Below the pieces are notes generated by a model, which was not told where the DNA came from, ran no database searches, and saw nothing but the letters and a program-made list of their open reading frames with translations. A stretch of 62,838 bases of DNA, the filler included, from Gonapodya sp. JEL0774 (taxonomy: Eukaryota): NCBI GenBank assembly GCA_027604505.1. It is 44 parts of 44 records of this genome, joined end to end, with 100 filler letters (N's around TTAATTAATTAA, not from the genome) between each part and the next. Parts side by side here need not be neighbours in the genome. Positions count along the whole stretch, not along the records: positions 24,407 to 25,739 come from JADIIX010003334.1; positions 25,840 to 27,172 come from JADIIX010003335.1; positions 27,273 to 28,605 come from JADIIX010003336.1; positions 28,706 to 30,037 come from JADIIX010003337.1; positions 30,138 to 31,469 come from JADIIX010003338.1; positions 31,570 to 32,900 come from JADIIX010003339.1; positions 33,001 to 34,331 come from JADIIX010003340.1; positions 34,432 to 35,761 come from JADIIX010003341.1; 36 more parts are not named here. One strand, 5' to 3'. Positions 24,484 through 37,576 of the stretch are shown piece by piece; position 1 is the first letter of the stretch, and each line of letters opens with the position of its first letter. Made by a program: the position numbers and the translations under genes.

Positions 24484-25839
24484 TCCACTCCTCCATGCGT
24501 GACCCCTTCTATGTTGGTAGGACGTTGGTTTCTGTCTTTACGCATGTGTCCTGGAGCAAACCAAACTTCTCCAGTTCGGTTTGTACACGAGTACCCCCTC
24601 CCATCACCACCCTGCCAACCCATTTTCTCGCCGCGGGGCACGACACACACAGCAGCCTAGTCCAGTACCAGAAGTGCTTTGGACCAGCCATGAAGTGACG
24701 CTGTTTCCCGTCATGCTGATGTTGACCTTTACTCCCCCCCCCCTCCCTCAACTCCCGGGACATTTCACCCCCCCTACACCGTGTCTGTTCTCTGTAATGG
24801 TCCCAAGCTCTTCTCCTGTGCCATCTGACGCCCTAACGTGTGTGAGGTGGTGGATTTGCGTTCAGAGTTCCCGATGTTCCTAACCTCGCCTAAGCGTAAG
24901 CCTAACCTAACCCTCGCATCCAGCAGTGTGAGGAGACGTGTTTTCTCGTTATCTGGTGGTTGCTATATATGCTGCGATGGTTGGGCTGTGAAACAGTGGA
25001 TGGCTGCGCGGCTGGAGTTGTTCGGCTTGTCTGCCCAGAACGTGGTGGGTGAGAGTAAGGGGAGTGGTGCCGTAGGCCCAGCTGTAGCCTCTGTAGCATC
25101 TACATCCATAGAAATTCAGTTTTTCGTATTCAATGAGTGCTGTGTGCTGGTGGGGGGGCGCCATTTGCGTACCAATCTTGGAGACACTCTGACACTGAGC
25201 GCTCACATCTACCAACCCCCTCAGGTCTATTTCGAGAAGTAAAATACAACAATCATGTATATTTGAAGTGAATTTGCCATGGACCAGCAAAGACCACTGT
25301 TATCTGATGAGGGTGAGCTTGGTGGTGGTGTCGCATCGAACGTTGAAAATTCAACACGATGCCGACACTGAACGGGACCACCAATCTGCAGCGGTCCATC
25401 GGGATTCTGTAGATCGAATACAACACTACAATTGATACTAAATACATTTGCCAATCCAGCAGCTTTTTGACAGAAGATTGCGAGTCTTCTCCAAAATGCG
25501 AAGACTCAATGCCGACAGAGAAGACGGACAAATATCAACTTCTGAAGGGGTAGGGGTGCGGCCGCTGATGCACATGAACAGATCTATCCGCCTGTCATAG
25601 GCCGCCGACAATATCTCTCTAATCCCCACCGGGTCATCTATCTTTCACACCAGCCGTGACGGCATGCACTACCATAACCCGGTCAAGGAAATCCGAGGAC
25701 GTAGTTAGGGAGACATTTGTCTTGTGAATACGATGCTTTNNNNNNNNNNNNNNNNNNNNNNNNNNNNNNNNNNNNNNNNNNNNTTAATTAATTAANNNNN
25801 NNNNNNNNNNNNNNNNNNNNNNNNNNNNNNNNNNNNNNN

Positions 25840-27172
25840 CTTAATGAAGACCATTCGTTCCACTGACGCCCACTACATTCGCTGTGAGTGGATCATCTAA
25901 GGTGCAATGAATAATTCCACAGCGTGTAATTGATTGGAGATCCTTTCATATAAAGGTATAAAATCGAATCAAACCAAAACTCCTTTTGGGTTTGAGCCTC
26001 TCATGGTACTTTCCCAACTTCGGTTAGTGTACCTTTTCGCACGTTTGTGAACCTAAAATAATGTTCTCACCACTGATCAGTGCTTGCGGTGTCCTTGAGA
26101 CTATCCGTATTTCCGCGGCTGGTTATCCTTCCCGGCGGAGCTTCGAAGAGTTCACCGACCGCTATTACCTTCTTCTTCGCTCGAAAGATTGGAGTTGGGA
26201 CAACACAAAAGCTTTCACAACGAAAGTCGTTGAGAAGATTGTGGAGAACAAGGACAAATATCAAGTCGGGCTCACTAAAGTTTTCTTCCGGACGGGTGTA
26301 ATCGCGAAGCTGGAAATGCTGAGAACCGAGAGATACAAAGAAGCTGGTCTCCTCCTTCAAAAGTGTCTTCGTCGATACACCGCGCGCCAAAAGTTCTTGC
26401 GACTGAAGAAGGCGACTATCATGTTACAAAGGCGTAAGTTCTGAGTGATCCTTGATCTCTTTCGTTTTGGTGATTCTATTCACTTTTCTTTATGAAATTT
26501 CTAGTATCCCGTGGGCTGATTGCAAGGAAGCTTGCTCAGGCAATGCGGGCCGACAATGCCGCAACGACAATTCAACGTCATGTCCGCGGATATCTTGCTC
26601 GCAAGAAATACCAAAAACAGCGTCATGCAGCCATAGTTCTCCAATCCGGTAGGTATATGCTTGTGATTCCTGGGAAAATTGTTCAGAAAACTGAAATCAT
26701 TTGATTTAACAGGTTGGCGTGCTAGAAAAGCAAGGCTTGAATTGCGATCTCTCCGTGAAAATGTCGCAGCCACGAAAATTCAGTCTGCGTGGCGCGGATT
26801 ACAGGAGCGGAGGCGATATGCAAAAGCCAGAAAGCAAATCATCATGGTCCAGTGCATTACACGCCGTCGTGCAGCTAAGAAAATACTCAAAAAGCTCAAG
26901 TTGGAAGCTCGTGATGTCGGTCGATTCAAGGAGAGAGCGAACCTGCTCGAGAAGAAGGTAGGTCGTCCATCCTGTTCCGTGAATGCGCATGTCTGCACTT
27001 CAACCACTTACTACTTCAGGTATTCGAGCTATCTCAAAAATTGAAGGACAGGGATGATTTCAAAGCGGAGCTTACGAGTCAGATAACGCACATGGAGTCC
27101 CAGGTCGCGGCGTGGAAGCAAAGGGCTGCGACGGCCGAAGTTCGAGTGCGTTAAGTGTTTCCTTAAGTGCAT
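25840..27172 (+). CDS. MYO2: Class V myosin (Myo2-like): end of motor, IQ motifs, start of coiled coil
   Basis: HYIRC|IK, QLR|ACGVLETIRISAAGYPSR, KYQVGLTKVFFR, several IQxxxRGxxxR motifs. Confidence 0.9.
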
Positions 27173-27272
27173 NNNNNNNNNNNNNNNNNNNNNNNNNNNN
27201 NNNNNNNNNNNNNNNNTTAATTAATTAANNNNNNNNNNNNNNNNNNNNNNNNNNNNNNNNNNNNNNNNNNNN

Positions 27273-28167
27273 CTCCTCAGAGTAATTATTCGCAAGTTCC
27301 TCCAGTTCCGTGTACTGCTCATCTGTCCCAGATTTCAAGAGCGCCTCCACGTTGTCCCCTTCGACCTTCTTCAGTATTCTTTTGACCGCATCCATGCATC
27401 CACTCCTGGTCACTCCTGCATATGTAACAGAGTCCTTCTCTTCCAATGCTTTTGCAATTCGCTCCCATTTCTCCGCAATTGTGACGACCTTTTCAGTCTT
27501 TGTAATTGGGTCCAACTCACGCCCCTTCATATATGGATTCTTGTTCGGGCGCTCCTTCAAGAGATCGATTCCCTTCGCTGGATTACTCCAGCAAAACTGA
27601 CTTGCCTCGGCTGCAGCCAAAGGTTCTGCGGAGGGTTCTCCAGCAACTGATGGGTCGCCAGGCACCTAAGACCAGAAGCCCTGGCATTCAGCACGCCAAC
27701 TCAGTCACACTGCTTTTGTTATCAGCGCTCACAGGTGAAGGAACCGCCTCTCGTCCTCGTCCACGTGTTCCTCTTCCTCGTACTTGCGATCCCCCTCGTT
27801 CATCTCCACAGCCACGACCCCGACCCCTCCCACGCGCCACCACCCTGGTAGACTGTCCAGCATCGCCTGGGACTCCAAGAATTGCGCTGGCAAGGTCTGA
27901 GAGGGCTTGTAAGTTGCCAGGCATGCTACATAATTTGACACACCCGTCAGGGCAGAATCCAGCGCCAGCGGTTGCGGAAAAAGACTGAAATGTACCTTAT
28001 GGTATCTTGGAAGTTCTGAGACGTGACGATATGGCAGGTTTGCTCTCGGTGAGCTGAGAAAATATGTATACGGGTAGCGGCTTTCTACTCATTATTTTGA
28101 GATTCAGTTTTTACGAGTAAGTCATACAAAATATTGCACCCGTAATTTACGTGTAGCGCGCATGCCC
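27273..28167 (-). mobile_element. Putative DNA transposon end with a degenerate Myb/SANT-like ORF (PIF/Harbinger-like)
   Basis: ORF ..LLKE..NPY..KWERIAKAL..RSGCMDAVKRIL..LLKSGTDEQYTELEEL, with a broken upstream frame. Candidate terminus GGGCATGCGCG on the minus strand at 28167, exactly where Copia coding sequence begins. Confidence 0.45.
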
Positions 28168-28605
28168 TATTGCCAGGTGGAGTGAGCGCAAGGCTACCGC
28201 AGGGCACAAAGAAGCTGATTTCAACTTTGATGATGACTCAGAAGACCCCATTGTCCTTAATGTTACTCTGGGGACATTTTATCATATTGAAGTACCACTG
28301 TCATACAGAGAAGCTCTGAACAATCCTTACGCAGAATATTGCAGGAATGCAATGGAAGAAAAAGTTGGTGCTCTTCGGAAGTTTGGAACATGGGAGCTGG
28401 TAGAAAAGCCAAGTGGATTGCCTATTCTCTCGGGGAAGTGGGTGTATGTTCTGAAGATGTTGCCAAACAATGTTAAGCGGTATGATGTCCTTATTCAAAA
28501 AACTTTCACACAAAAAGGCTTAATCTACTTTATCCGACGACCATAGCACCGTCCCCAAGTGTGTGCACCAAGTTATCCACGTTCCCTAGTGTAGCTCACT
28601 AACCA
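28168..28605 (+). mobile_element. Degenerate Ty1/Copia LTR retrotransposon pol fragment (start of RT)
   Basis: EVPLSYREALNNP..NAMEE..ALRKFGTWELVEKPSGLPILSGKWVY..K...RY; the YKARLVA motif is decayed and followed by a stop. Confidence 0.85.
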
Positions 28606-28705
28606 NNNNNNNNNNNNNNNNNNNNNNNNNNNNNNNNNNNNNNNNNNNNTTAATTAATTAANNNNNNNNNNNNNNNNNNNNNNNNNNNNNNNNNNNNNNN
28701 NNNNN

Positions 28706-29970
28706 GCGTAAGGACGTGGCACTGGTGGATACTGTGGTGACGCAACGCGCGACCCTAGCAAAGGGGCCGAGACGGTATGGTGGAAAGTGACACTCCGACC
28801 CGATGTGAGTCGGTTTGCCCCCACACTGAGTTGTTGCGCATGACTGCTACCAGTACTGCCCGACGGCTGCTTGTCTGATATTACGCTCAACAAGCCGCTT
28901 GTCGCTCTGACGACATCCACTCCCGTCGAAATGTGTTGACGTACCAACACCGGAGATGACACGATGCTTGAGATCGACTCATCCTCCTGTTCCTCTTGGA
29001 GAGTTGGTATTTCTTGTTCCGCCACGGGTAAATTGGAGCGTCGCGGTGTGGTGCTCTCCGTCACGGCAACACTGACCGCCACACTTTCCTCATATGACGA
29101 AACGCCTGAAAGTGATGTCGATCTGGAGTCCGAGAGAGACTTCCTAGCAGTGGGAAGGGTCGCACCTTGACTGGCTGGTAGTCCAGTGTAAGCGTATCCG
29201 TTCACCGAGCACCGCTTAAAGTCCATGATATTGCAGGTGAGGGTGCCAGTCTTGTCGCTGAAAATGTACTCAATCTGTCCTAAAGCCACAAAGAACGACA
29301 TGGTGAAAATTATATGCGGGCATATCTTTGTTCTCTGTCGGCTCACTCACCCAAATCATCACCCAAGTTCCAGCTCTTCGGTGTGCATCCAGTCACCTCG
29401 CCACCATTCTCGTAGTACATTTCGAGATCTTGGTGGATGAAAAAGGCATGAAACGATTTCACAATTTCGACAGTGATGTACAAGGGCATTGGCAAGATGT
29501 TCTGGAATTGGATAAGGCCATTCCTGGGCATTGAGTGGATTAACGTACATAATCAACAACAAGATTCGACACAATCCATAGATTTTGAGCTCACAGGAAC
29601 GTAACGAATCCGTACCAGCCCCAACTTGACCCTCCAGCATCCGGCACCACCCATGGCCACGAAACCCAAGATGAGGTCTGCAGGAGACCGATGGTACACC
29701 AGAGGCACATGAAGAGAATGAGGAGGAGGTTCACGACACTGCAGTAATAAGAGTTTATCACATCCTCGCATGGAACAGAGTCACGACCGGCATGCTTTAA
29801 CAGAGCTACTCACATATGATTGTTCATCTTAATCTCAATCCTACTTCTCTTACTCCTGGTTGGTCCCATATTCAACCTCAACCTGGTCTCTTCCCCTGTA
29901 AATAGAGCTAGGCAGAGCACCCACCGGGTGTTGCGTACCACGCAGCCCCGAAGAAGGAGGTGGGTCATTG
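28706..29970 (-). CDS. P4-type ATPase (phospholipid flippase) fragment
   Basis: [59 protein letters not shown]. Confidence 0.93.
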
Positions 29971-30137
29971 TTAGGGGAATGCGGGTGCCGGGGAAAGAAG
30001 AAGAAAGAGGGATCTTGTTTGCACTAGAGAGTGCTGANNNNNNNNNNNNNNNNNNNNNNNNNNNNNNNNNNNNNNNNNNNNTTAATTAATTAANNNNNNN
30101 NNNNNNNNNNNNNNNNNNNNNNNNNNNNNNNNNNNNN

Positions 30138-31404
30138 GGGCGTACTCGGAGATATGGGTGGCAGCCAAATAAACTGGTGTTTGACCCGAGGAGTCCACTG
30201 CGTTTGGGTCACTGCTGTGCTGTAACAATAAAAGAACAGTGTCCTTGAAGGGTCTCTCGCATTGCACTGCATAATGCAAGGGCGTCCTTCCAAGCTGGTC
30301 CATCAGCCCCACATCCGCACCAAACTCAAGAAGAAGCGGAGTTATTCCATCTTGAATATCAACCCCCGCGCGCGTCTTGACAATTCTTTCGATCCAACAA
30401 TGAAGTGGAGTCTTCCCATCGCTAGACTGGGCGTTCACCTCCGCTCCTGCGGCAAAAAGCTGCCGCATGACACTGATGTTGCCTTGAGTCAGTGCGTAAT
30501 GCAGGACTGTTGAACCGTCTGAGGAGCGTGCACGAACGTCTGCTCCCTGCTGCAGGAGAAAGCTCACTTTGGATCTTCCAAACCCCACCATCAGACATGT
30601 CATGTTCCGCCAATAGCTTTGATAGTTCACGTCAGCACCTTTTTTAATGAGATAATCCATTATCGTAGTGTCGTCTGAGTGGTTCTGACAAGACCTGAAC
30701 AAAGCCACATTCAACTCATTCGGATTGTTCCCCCCAACGCCACCGAGTTCCATAACTGCCTTCAAAAACCTCAAACTGTCAGAATTCAATGCAAAGGACA
30801 GCGCGCGATCCTTTTCGCTCAGCGGAATCGTCCAACCCCTCTCCAGAAGTACTTCTAGAACAGAGGTCTTGCCTCGATCAAGGGCATACGTAAAAGTGTC
30901 CTGTTCCTCTATCCACGTCCGCCCTGAACTCTCTTCCTCAACTACTAATCTAAAGTACCCTGGTATGCAATGATGATCCATGAGGAGTCGTAAGAGTTCG
31001 CCACTGTCGCTATTGATTATTCGCAACACAACATCCGGTGTTCTTACGAACGGTGTCCAGTGAAAGCTGATTGAACTACTGACTATGGCATTCTGCATCA
31101 ACTTTGATAAAGATGGGATAGCTTGTGGTGCCTTGATGGCTCGAGAAATCTCGCATCGAGCGGCTTTTATCGCATACACAGACCCACGGTAGAATGGTCC
31201 CTTGGGTGAACTTTCACGATGAAGTTGTCGTTGCCGAACGATGGCACGGGCTGCAACCGTCGAGGGGTCCCCCAGAAGATTGTAGAGATATCGCGAGAGC
31301 GCTTTCGTGGGGAGTCCCAACGGATATTCGGTCCATAAAATGGACATGAGGAGGAGAATACTCGGTGGGATTCGTAGAAGAAGAAAGCGCTTGTTTGTGA
31401 GCAT
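30138..31404 (-). CDS. Ankyrin-repeat protein with F-box-like N-terminus, intronless here, 3'-partial
   Basis: Repeated GxTPLHYA/GADVN motifs; N-terminus LLRIPPSILL..LPTKALSR..DPSTVAARAI. Confidence 0.88.
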
Positions 31405-32464
31405 GTTGCGGCAGTGTGCGCTCGCTGAATGTATAACTCAGCCGCCAAAAATGGCTGGGGTTGTCAGTGNNNNNNNNNNNNNNNNNNNNNNNNNNNNNNN
31501 NNNNNNNNNNNNNTTAATTAATTAANNNNNNNNNNNNNNNNNNNNNNNNNNNNNNNNNNNNNNNNNNNNGGTTCCGAGGTGTCGATGGCCAATGTTGCTC
31601 ACCTGGAAGCTAACTGCTTTCCGATGTGTGTTGGGGGGCGCTTGGTAGTTTTTATGAAGGACCGCCTATGCACTGTCTCAATATTTTGTGCGAAATTATG
31701 TTTTGATGCATGTGATCGCCAAAACGGATCGCACACGAACTCGCATCGCCCGATAAAACGAAAAGCAACTCCGAAATATTCAACTGAGTATCTCTTGCTC
31801 GCCTGGACGTACCTTGTGAACTCAGATCAATGCGATGGAATCATGATGCGCATAGCAGCACATTTCATTCAGTGTCCAAGCGAGTACCATGAGCGATTTC
31901 TGTAGCTGTATACATATCCATAATTCTACTTCTTTGAGACCAAGTTGTGGCAGCTATTTGTGCATTTGATGTCTTCCTCATTTTGGAAGGGAAACAGCGT
32001 TGCACCCTGAGCCATTCGGTAGTGTATAAAAACACAGGTAACCCCTCCCCTTTCACCTAATCCTTCCGTGACAGTCACGGGGATTCAGAAACCCTGACCA
32101 TGTGCCTCTCAACTGGCAGAGAATGACCCAAGTGCTCCATGACGAACTGTGAAGGAAGTTTCATGACAGGTATTAGCACTCAGAAGGTCACTTGCTGAAT
32201 GTTGGCAGTTAGAATATAACAAGCGGTTTTAAACGTCCTTTGCTTGTTCTTCGGTAACTTGTGCCTTGGTGCATCAGTTTGGAGAATACATCACTCTGTT
32301 GCAAGGAATCTCAATTTTATTCAACACATGTCTCGTTACTACAACTAACTTAAATACTTGAGTATTCATAGAATTAGCGAATTCGTTGTTCATGATACTC
32401 AATACGTCACAACGAAGAACATACCAAATAACAGATCTGCCTCGCGCGCACACCTCACGAGCAT

Positions 32465-32900
32465 TCACGTCGCAGGATTCGGTACCTCTTTACCTTTGTG
32501 GTTAACGGATCCAGAAGTCAAACTTCTCCACCGCTCTCGCATCGCTAGCTTTCGCAACCTCCACTTCAGCGGTGCCGGCAATCGGGCCTTGCGTTCCCAC
32601 ACGTCTTCCCAAGTCGGAATTGCCCCATTGTCCAAAAGTCTTTCCACTATTGCCGCCACGTACGTATCAAATTCCATGTAGCCCGTCGGTGACTCACGCA
32701 ACACCTGAGACAGAGCTGTTCTTCCAAGTACGGGATCCACTGCACCGATTGAGGCGCCACGCTCCAATAACAGCTTGACAACTTCACATTTCCCCTTGCT
32801 TGCTGCACCGACAAGGGGTACACGGAGACGAGGTCCAGTCGGTTCTACATGTCCACCATGGTCTAGGAGAATCCTGAGAACTTCCATTGTCTCCGAATTG
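32465..32900 (-). CDS. Ankyrin-repeat protein C-terminus
   Basis: EVLRILLDHGG, AASKGKCEVVKLLLERGA, GRTAL, IVERLLDNGA. Confidence 0.82.
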
Positions 32901-33139
32901 NNNNNNNNNNNNNNNNNNNNNNNNNNNNNNNNNNNNNNNNNNNNTTAATTAATTAANNNNNNNNNNNNNNNNNNNNNNNNNNNNNNNNNNNNNNNNNNNN
33001 GTTGATCAGACCACCAAATGCCCCATTACATCATGGTCCCGTATGCAGCGCATCTGCCCAACCTGTCACGCCGTTCTGGTGCCGCCCCTCTATTTCATAC
33101 TCCGTTCCCTCCACCAGCAGCTCGCCATCCATCTCTTCT

Positions 33140-33964
33140 TCATTCAAGAACCGCTTTGACATTCCGGTCTGGCACTGATTCAACCTCCTCCAGAGTACGT
33201 ATCACGTTCACATCTTCGTCTGCAAAAACACCACCGACACGATCCAGAGGCAAGTACCCCGCACGCCCATGCTCGTCCGTTACACGCATGACGTTGGTCT
33301 CAGGACCTCCACTGGACTCATCGCCCTTATCGCTCTGCGATTTAGGCCCCAAAACTGCATTAACACCGTGGTCTCGTGCTACAACGCCCCGTCTGCCCTT
33401 TTCATCTACCACGGTTTCCACCATGCCATTCGACAGGGCGCCGCTGGTTGAATCATCGCCCACTACTGCGCCGTGAACAATCGTAGTTATAGGAGCATAT
33501 GCGACATAGGCATTGACTCTATGTTATAGGATCGGATTTTGCATGGTCAGAATCGCGATAGAGAGTTTCGAGGAGATAATGACGTCATCGATAACTCACT
33601 TCTTCGCGTCATTCCCACCTCCTTCAACCCCTGCTCTCGAAGATTTGCCTTCTGATATGCTCGGATCAGCGTGAACTTCTGCCTGTCTGCTAGTCAATTC
33701 GTCCGTAGAGGGCTTCAAATCGGCATTCTCGTCGCCCGCGTCCATTCCCTTGCCCACCGGAGGGATACTCATTGGCACGCCAACGGGCGATCGAATTGAG
33801 TATGGGTCAAGTGAAGAAGGTGGCTTTGGGAACTCGCGTGGATCCGTGTGGAAGCTGTGAAGGCGAACGAAGAACCGTATAATTGAACGGGGATGCGATA
33901 AAGCATGAAAGGATAGCGGTGCCAAGGAATGGACACGACTGAAGTTGTTGCGCAGCTTTAGCAT
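33140..33964 (-). CDS. Hypothetical protein (two long frames, probable intron; R/S/L-rich presequence-like start)
   Basis: Long same-strand ORFs separated by a GTGAGT-initiated gap; no family recognised. Confidence 0.3.
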
Positions 33965-34431
33965 CGGGTTTCGAAAAGCGCTGAGACTGGTGGGATGATA
34001 ATATGTTGTGGCGCGCAATCATCTTTACTTGTACTCCCCACCGAAATCGGCATACAATTGAAGTTTTGTCCAATGAATTTATTTACTTTGCCTATCGATC
34101 ATGATGCTTTTGATATCCCGAATTCGGTTGGAGTTGATCGCCCTTCAGTGTTTGGCGGGCCGTGCTGCTCTGAAGCTTCTCTTTCTTTTAGTCCAGAGTT
34201 CTCCTTTGCGAAAAGGCGAGAATGTCCCCCAATGATCTGTCCGAACGGTCACCACTTCTTTCAAAGCTCTCCAACGGTCTGACACACGGGGACTTGCTTG
34301 ATGGCGAGGAGATCGTTGGGGCGACTTCTGTNNNNNNNNNNNNNNNNNNNNNNNNNNNNNNNNNNNNNNNNNNNNTTAATTAATTAANNNNNNNNNNNNN
34401 NNNNNNNNNNNNNNNNNNNNNNNNNNNNNNN

Positions 34432-35630
34432 TAAACGAATGCAGTGGGCTGGATAAGAGAAGAAGTAATTGAGCACCTACCCCGCCCAGTCCCTGGTACC
34501 ATTCGCAGATTGACCAGCGTCCCAGATGTTGAAGAGTACAGCGCCCAGTCGGTCCGGATATGACGCGTCTCCGGTTTCGTTTCTCCGGACCTCGCGAACC
34601 ATGTTCCCATCGACGTACCACTTGATGAATTCGTAGGTCCTTTCCATCGCGAATGTGTGATACTCGTTGTGGTAGTCAGCACCCGTGGTGCTGTCAAAAG
34701 CTTGCCCGTTGCCGTACCGCTGGCTTGCCGCAGGAGCTCCAATCGGATAATTCAGCTGCCCCAAGGCGAACCAGTTTGTTTGATACGATGAAGTAGATTG
34801 GCCGGTCCATTCCTGGTCCAATTCATCACCCGGATCGTAGCCCGGGGTGTACGAGTCGACGATGAAGGCAGAGACAACACCCTTGCCTTTCGCAACCTTC
34901 ATGGTGGCTTGAATCATTCCGTAGTGAAACCAACGAGAATGTGCTACGATGACGTTGAGGCCTTTGAGTGGGAAGTAGCGAAGCCGAAATTATCGCCGCG
35001 ATGGCCGTTTTATGTGGGACTTCCAACCTTGAAACTAGCGCAATATTAAGTCCCATACATACCTTGCTGCTTGCCGGTCAGAGTCGATACGCCCTCTCCT
35101 CGAAGAGTGAGTACTAGCTCGCCGTTGGAGATGTTCGCGTTTTGGGCATCTTCCATGATCCACACTGCTTGGTCGGGATTATTGAACCAGTCCACCCATG
35201 AGACTTCAAGAAAATCAGGAAAAACAGGTGCGCGCGATGCATACCGAGTGAGAAAGTGCCGATAACTTCGAGTCAGCGGACTCATACGAACCCAGGCGTG
35301 GGCGGACACTCACTCAGTTTAGACGGATCTTTCCAATCCTCGGTATAATTTTTGCAGGGTGGCTTGACACTATCTCCGTACCATTGCTGTGTGCATGATT
35401 GTGCGTCCAAGTACACACATACGATCAATATACAGTCAAAACCTCTCAAAGCAACGATGCGAGCCAACCTGGTGGCGAAGCGGTTGTCGATTTGACTGCT
35501 GTAATTGTTGTGAATATACCGGTGAGACGAAAACGAGGGAAACAATTGCAATGACCGAAAGGAAGAATGACGGGTGTCGATGGGGGCAAGCCACTGGGAG
35601 CGCCGTCCAGGCGGAAGCAGGAGGGTACAT
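34432..35630 (-). CDS. Secreted GH16 (Crh/Utr2-like) transglycosylase, multi-exon, 3'-partial
   Basis: Signal-like N-terminus, GVVSAFI, catalytic DELDQEW (ExDxE), QTNWF, IKWYVDG..VR, IWDAG..GTRDWAG. Confidence 0.88.
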
Positions 35631-37090
35631 CCACACGAATTGCCAAAAGAAAGGACTGTTCCACCCTGGGGATCCCAATATCTCGGTGCGGTTGAGGTTT
35701 GGGTCTCTTGAGGGCGGAGGTTTGGAGGTGCCCGATGACAATAATTTTCGCCTTCCAAAAANNNNNNNNNNNNNNNNNNNNNNNNNNNNNNNNNNNNNNN
35801 NNNNNTTAATTAATTAANNNNNNNNNNNNNNNNNNNNNNNNNNNNNNNNNNNNNNNNNNNNGAGCTCGTGGAAGGGGCTGTGAAGGTGTTGGAGAAGGCG
35901 GGCGGGTGGGCGGGGGACAGGAAGGTGAAGTTGTAGTGTAGGGTCGGTGACGTGGGATGCCCGCTGCATGTTAGGTGTCGAAAATCAGTACACGTATGAT
36001 TGTGGCGGGAGTGTTTTGGGCGCTGATGAATGGCATTTGCGCCTGGACAGGTGGGGGCTCCGATTACTCCGTATCACTCGGTTGGTGAATGCAGGGGACA
36101 AGCCTCGGTGTACCAAGTTATGTAATAGAACAGCATACAATTTGCAATGACGTGTGAACTTTGCACCGGGACTTGAAAGAGTGACCAACTGGCAACTGCG
36201 TACTGCGGAAACAACAAGGTGGACCTGCGGCTAGGCACTCAACGCACGGTGCTTGGCATAATGTCAGAAGACCTTTCGAGGCCCAGCTGGGTGGCAGCCA
36301 CGGTGAACAGAAAGCGTATGAAAGACTACTCATGGTGGTTCAATGGCGTTACACAACCAGAGACGGGACATCACGGACAAAGAAAATGCACGAAAAAGAG
36401 ATGTTGTGCGGGTTATATGTATTTGCAAACCACCGAGTGCGCCGTTGGGTCCGGGGATCTTCTGTTTTGCGACGCAGTCGCAAGTTCCTAATATATGGAA
36501 CGTCGATTGCGCCCAATATTCTTGCATCCCGTAGGACATTAAAATAATCGAACATCACAATTATAATAGAAGGAACTTGCTTATAAAAGCTTGTGCTAGT
36601 AGAGAGCAGCGCCATGCGCGCACCGAACCCAAAAAACTCTGAACTGTTATATCACATCCGAATGGACAGCAAAAATATTATTGCACTTGAGACGGTTGTA
36701 TATAGAAATCATTCGGTTGGGTAAGTACAGCCAACGGCCAACCTCAACGGATTCCCATCGCAAGAGACACTCGCAGATCTCTGCGGGGTCTGGACATCGA
36801 GACGTCTGTACGGCTTTCTAGTACTTGCCATGCGTAGATTTATCTGAATGGTTGAAATTATACACTCTAAAGTGCGAGCGGTGGTTGGGTACCGTGGTCC
36901 GGCCAGGCCTGTGCGTTCTCTTCCCCTTCTCCCTTCGGACTCGAACTCGCAACGACGACGTTCCAGACTGAAATACGAAGCGCAGTAGCAAGCACATCTG
37001 CAACTGCCCTGCCACGTAGCTGTCACTACCTCGCCATCGACACGTCACACCGAGCGCAGACATCACCAACACCGAATTCTGGTGACCATC

Positions 37091-37191
37091 ATGCTCGTTC
37101 TGTTCGAGACACCCGCGGGGTATGCCCTGTTCAACCTGCTCGACGATGGAAAACTTAAGAAGCCAGATGATTTGGAAAAGGTGTTTGCGTC
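37091..37191 (+). CDS. NOP58: Nucleolar protein 58, N-terminus
   Basis: MLVLFETPAGYALFNLLDDGKLKKPDDL. Confidence 0.85.
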
Positions 37192-37576
37192 NNNNNNNNN
37201 NNNNNNNNNNNNNNNNNNNNNNNNNNNNNNNNNNNTTAATTAATTAANNNNNNNNNNNNNNNNNNNNNNNNNNNNNNNNNNNNNNNNNNNNAATACATAC
37301 ATTTTTACTAGAATAGGAAGACTGGGGTGTCAATCGTTGCAGTGGAGGGCTACGCATTCCCGTCTACCGAGCCCCCGCCAGGACAGTCCCGGTGGGCGTA
37401 AGCTTAGACTCGCATCAGTCCCTCAGCTAAAAAAGAATCATACTTGGAAGCTGCGTACACGAATTATGGAGAGAACTTCTGGGGAACGGGCATCAGGATG
37501 ATCCTGATCTCGATCCCATGATCCACTTTCATCGGCACACAATTTCCGACCCTCCAACTCCAAAAATATACCAGAA

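Noticed and set aside
24888..24914. CCTAAC-like interstitial telomere repeat
   Set aside because: Only two or three imperfect units; compatible with chance.
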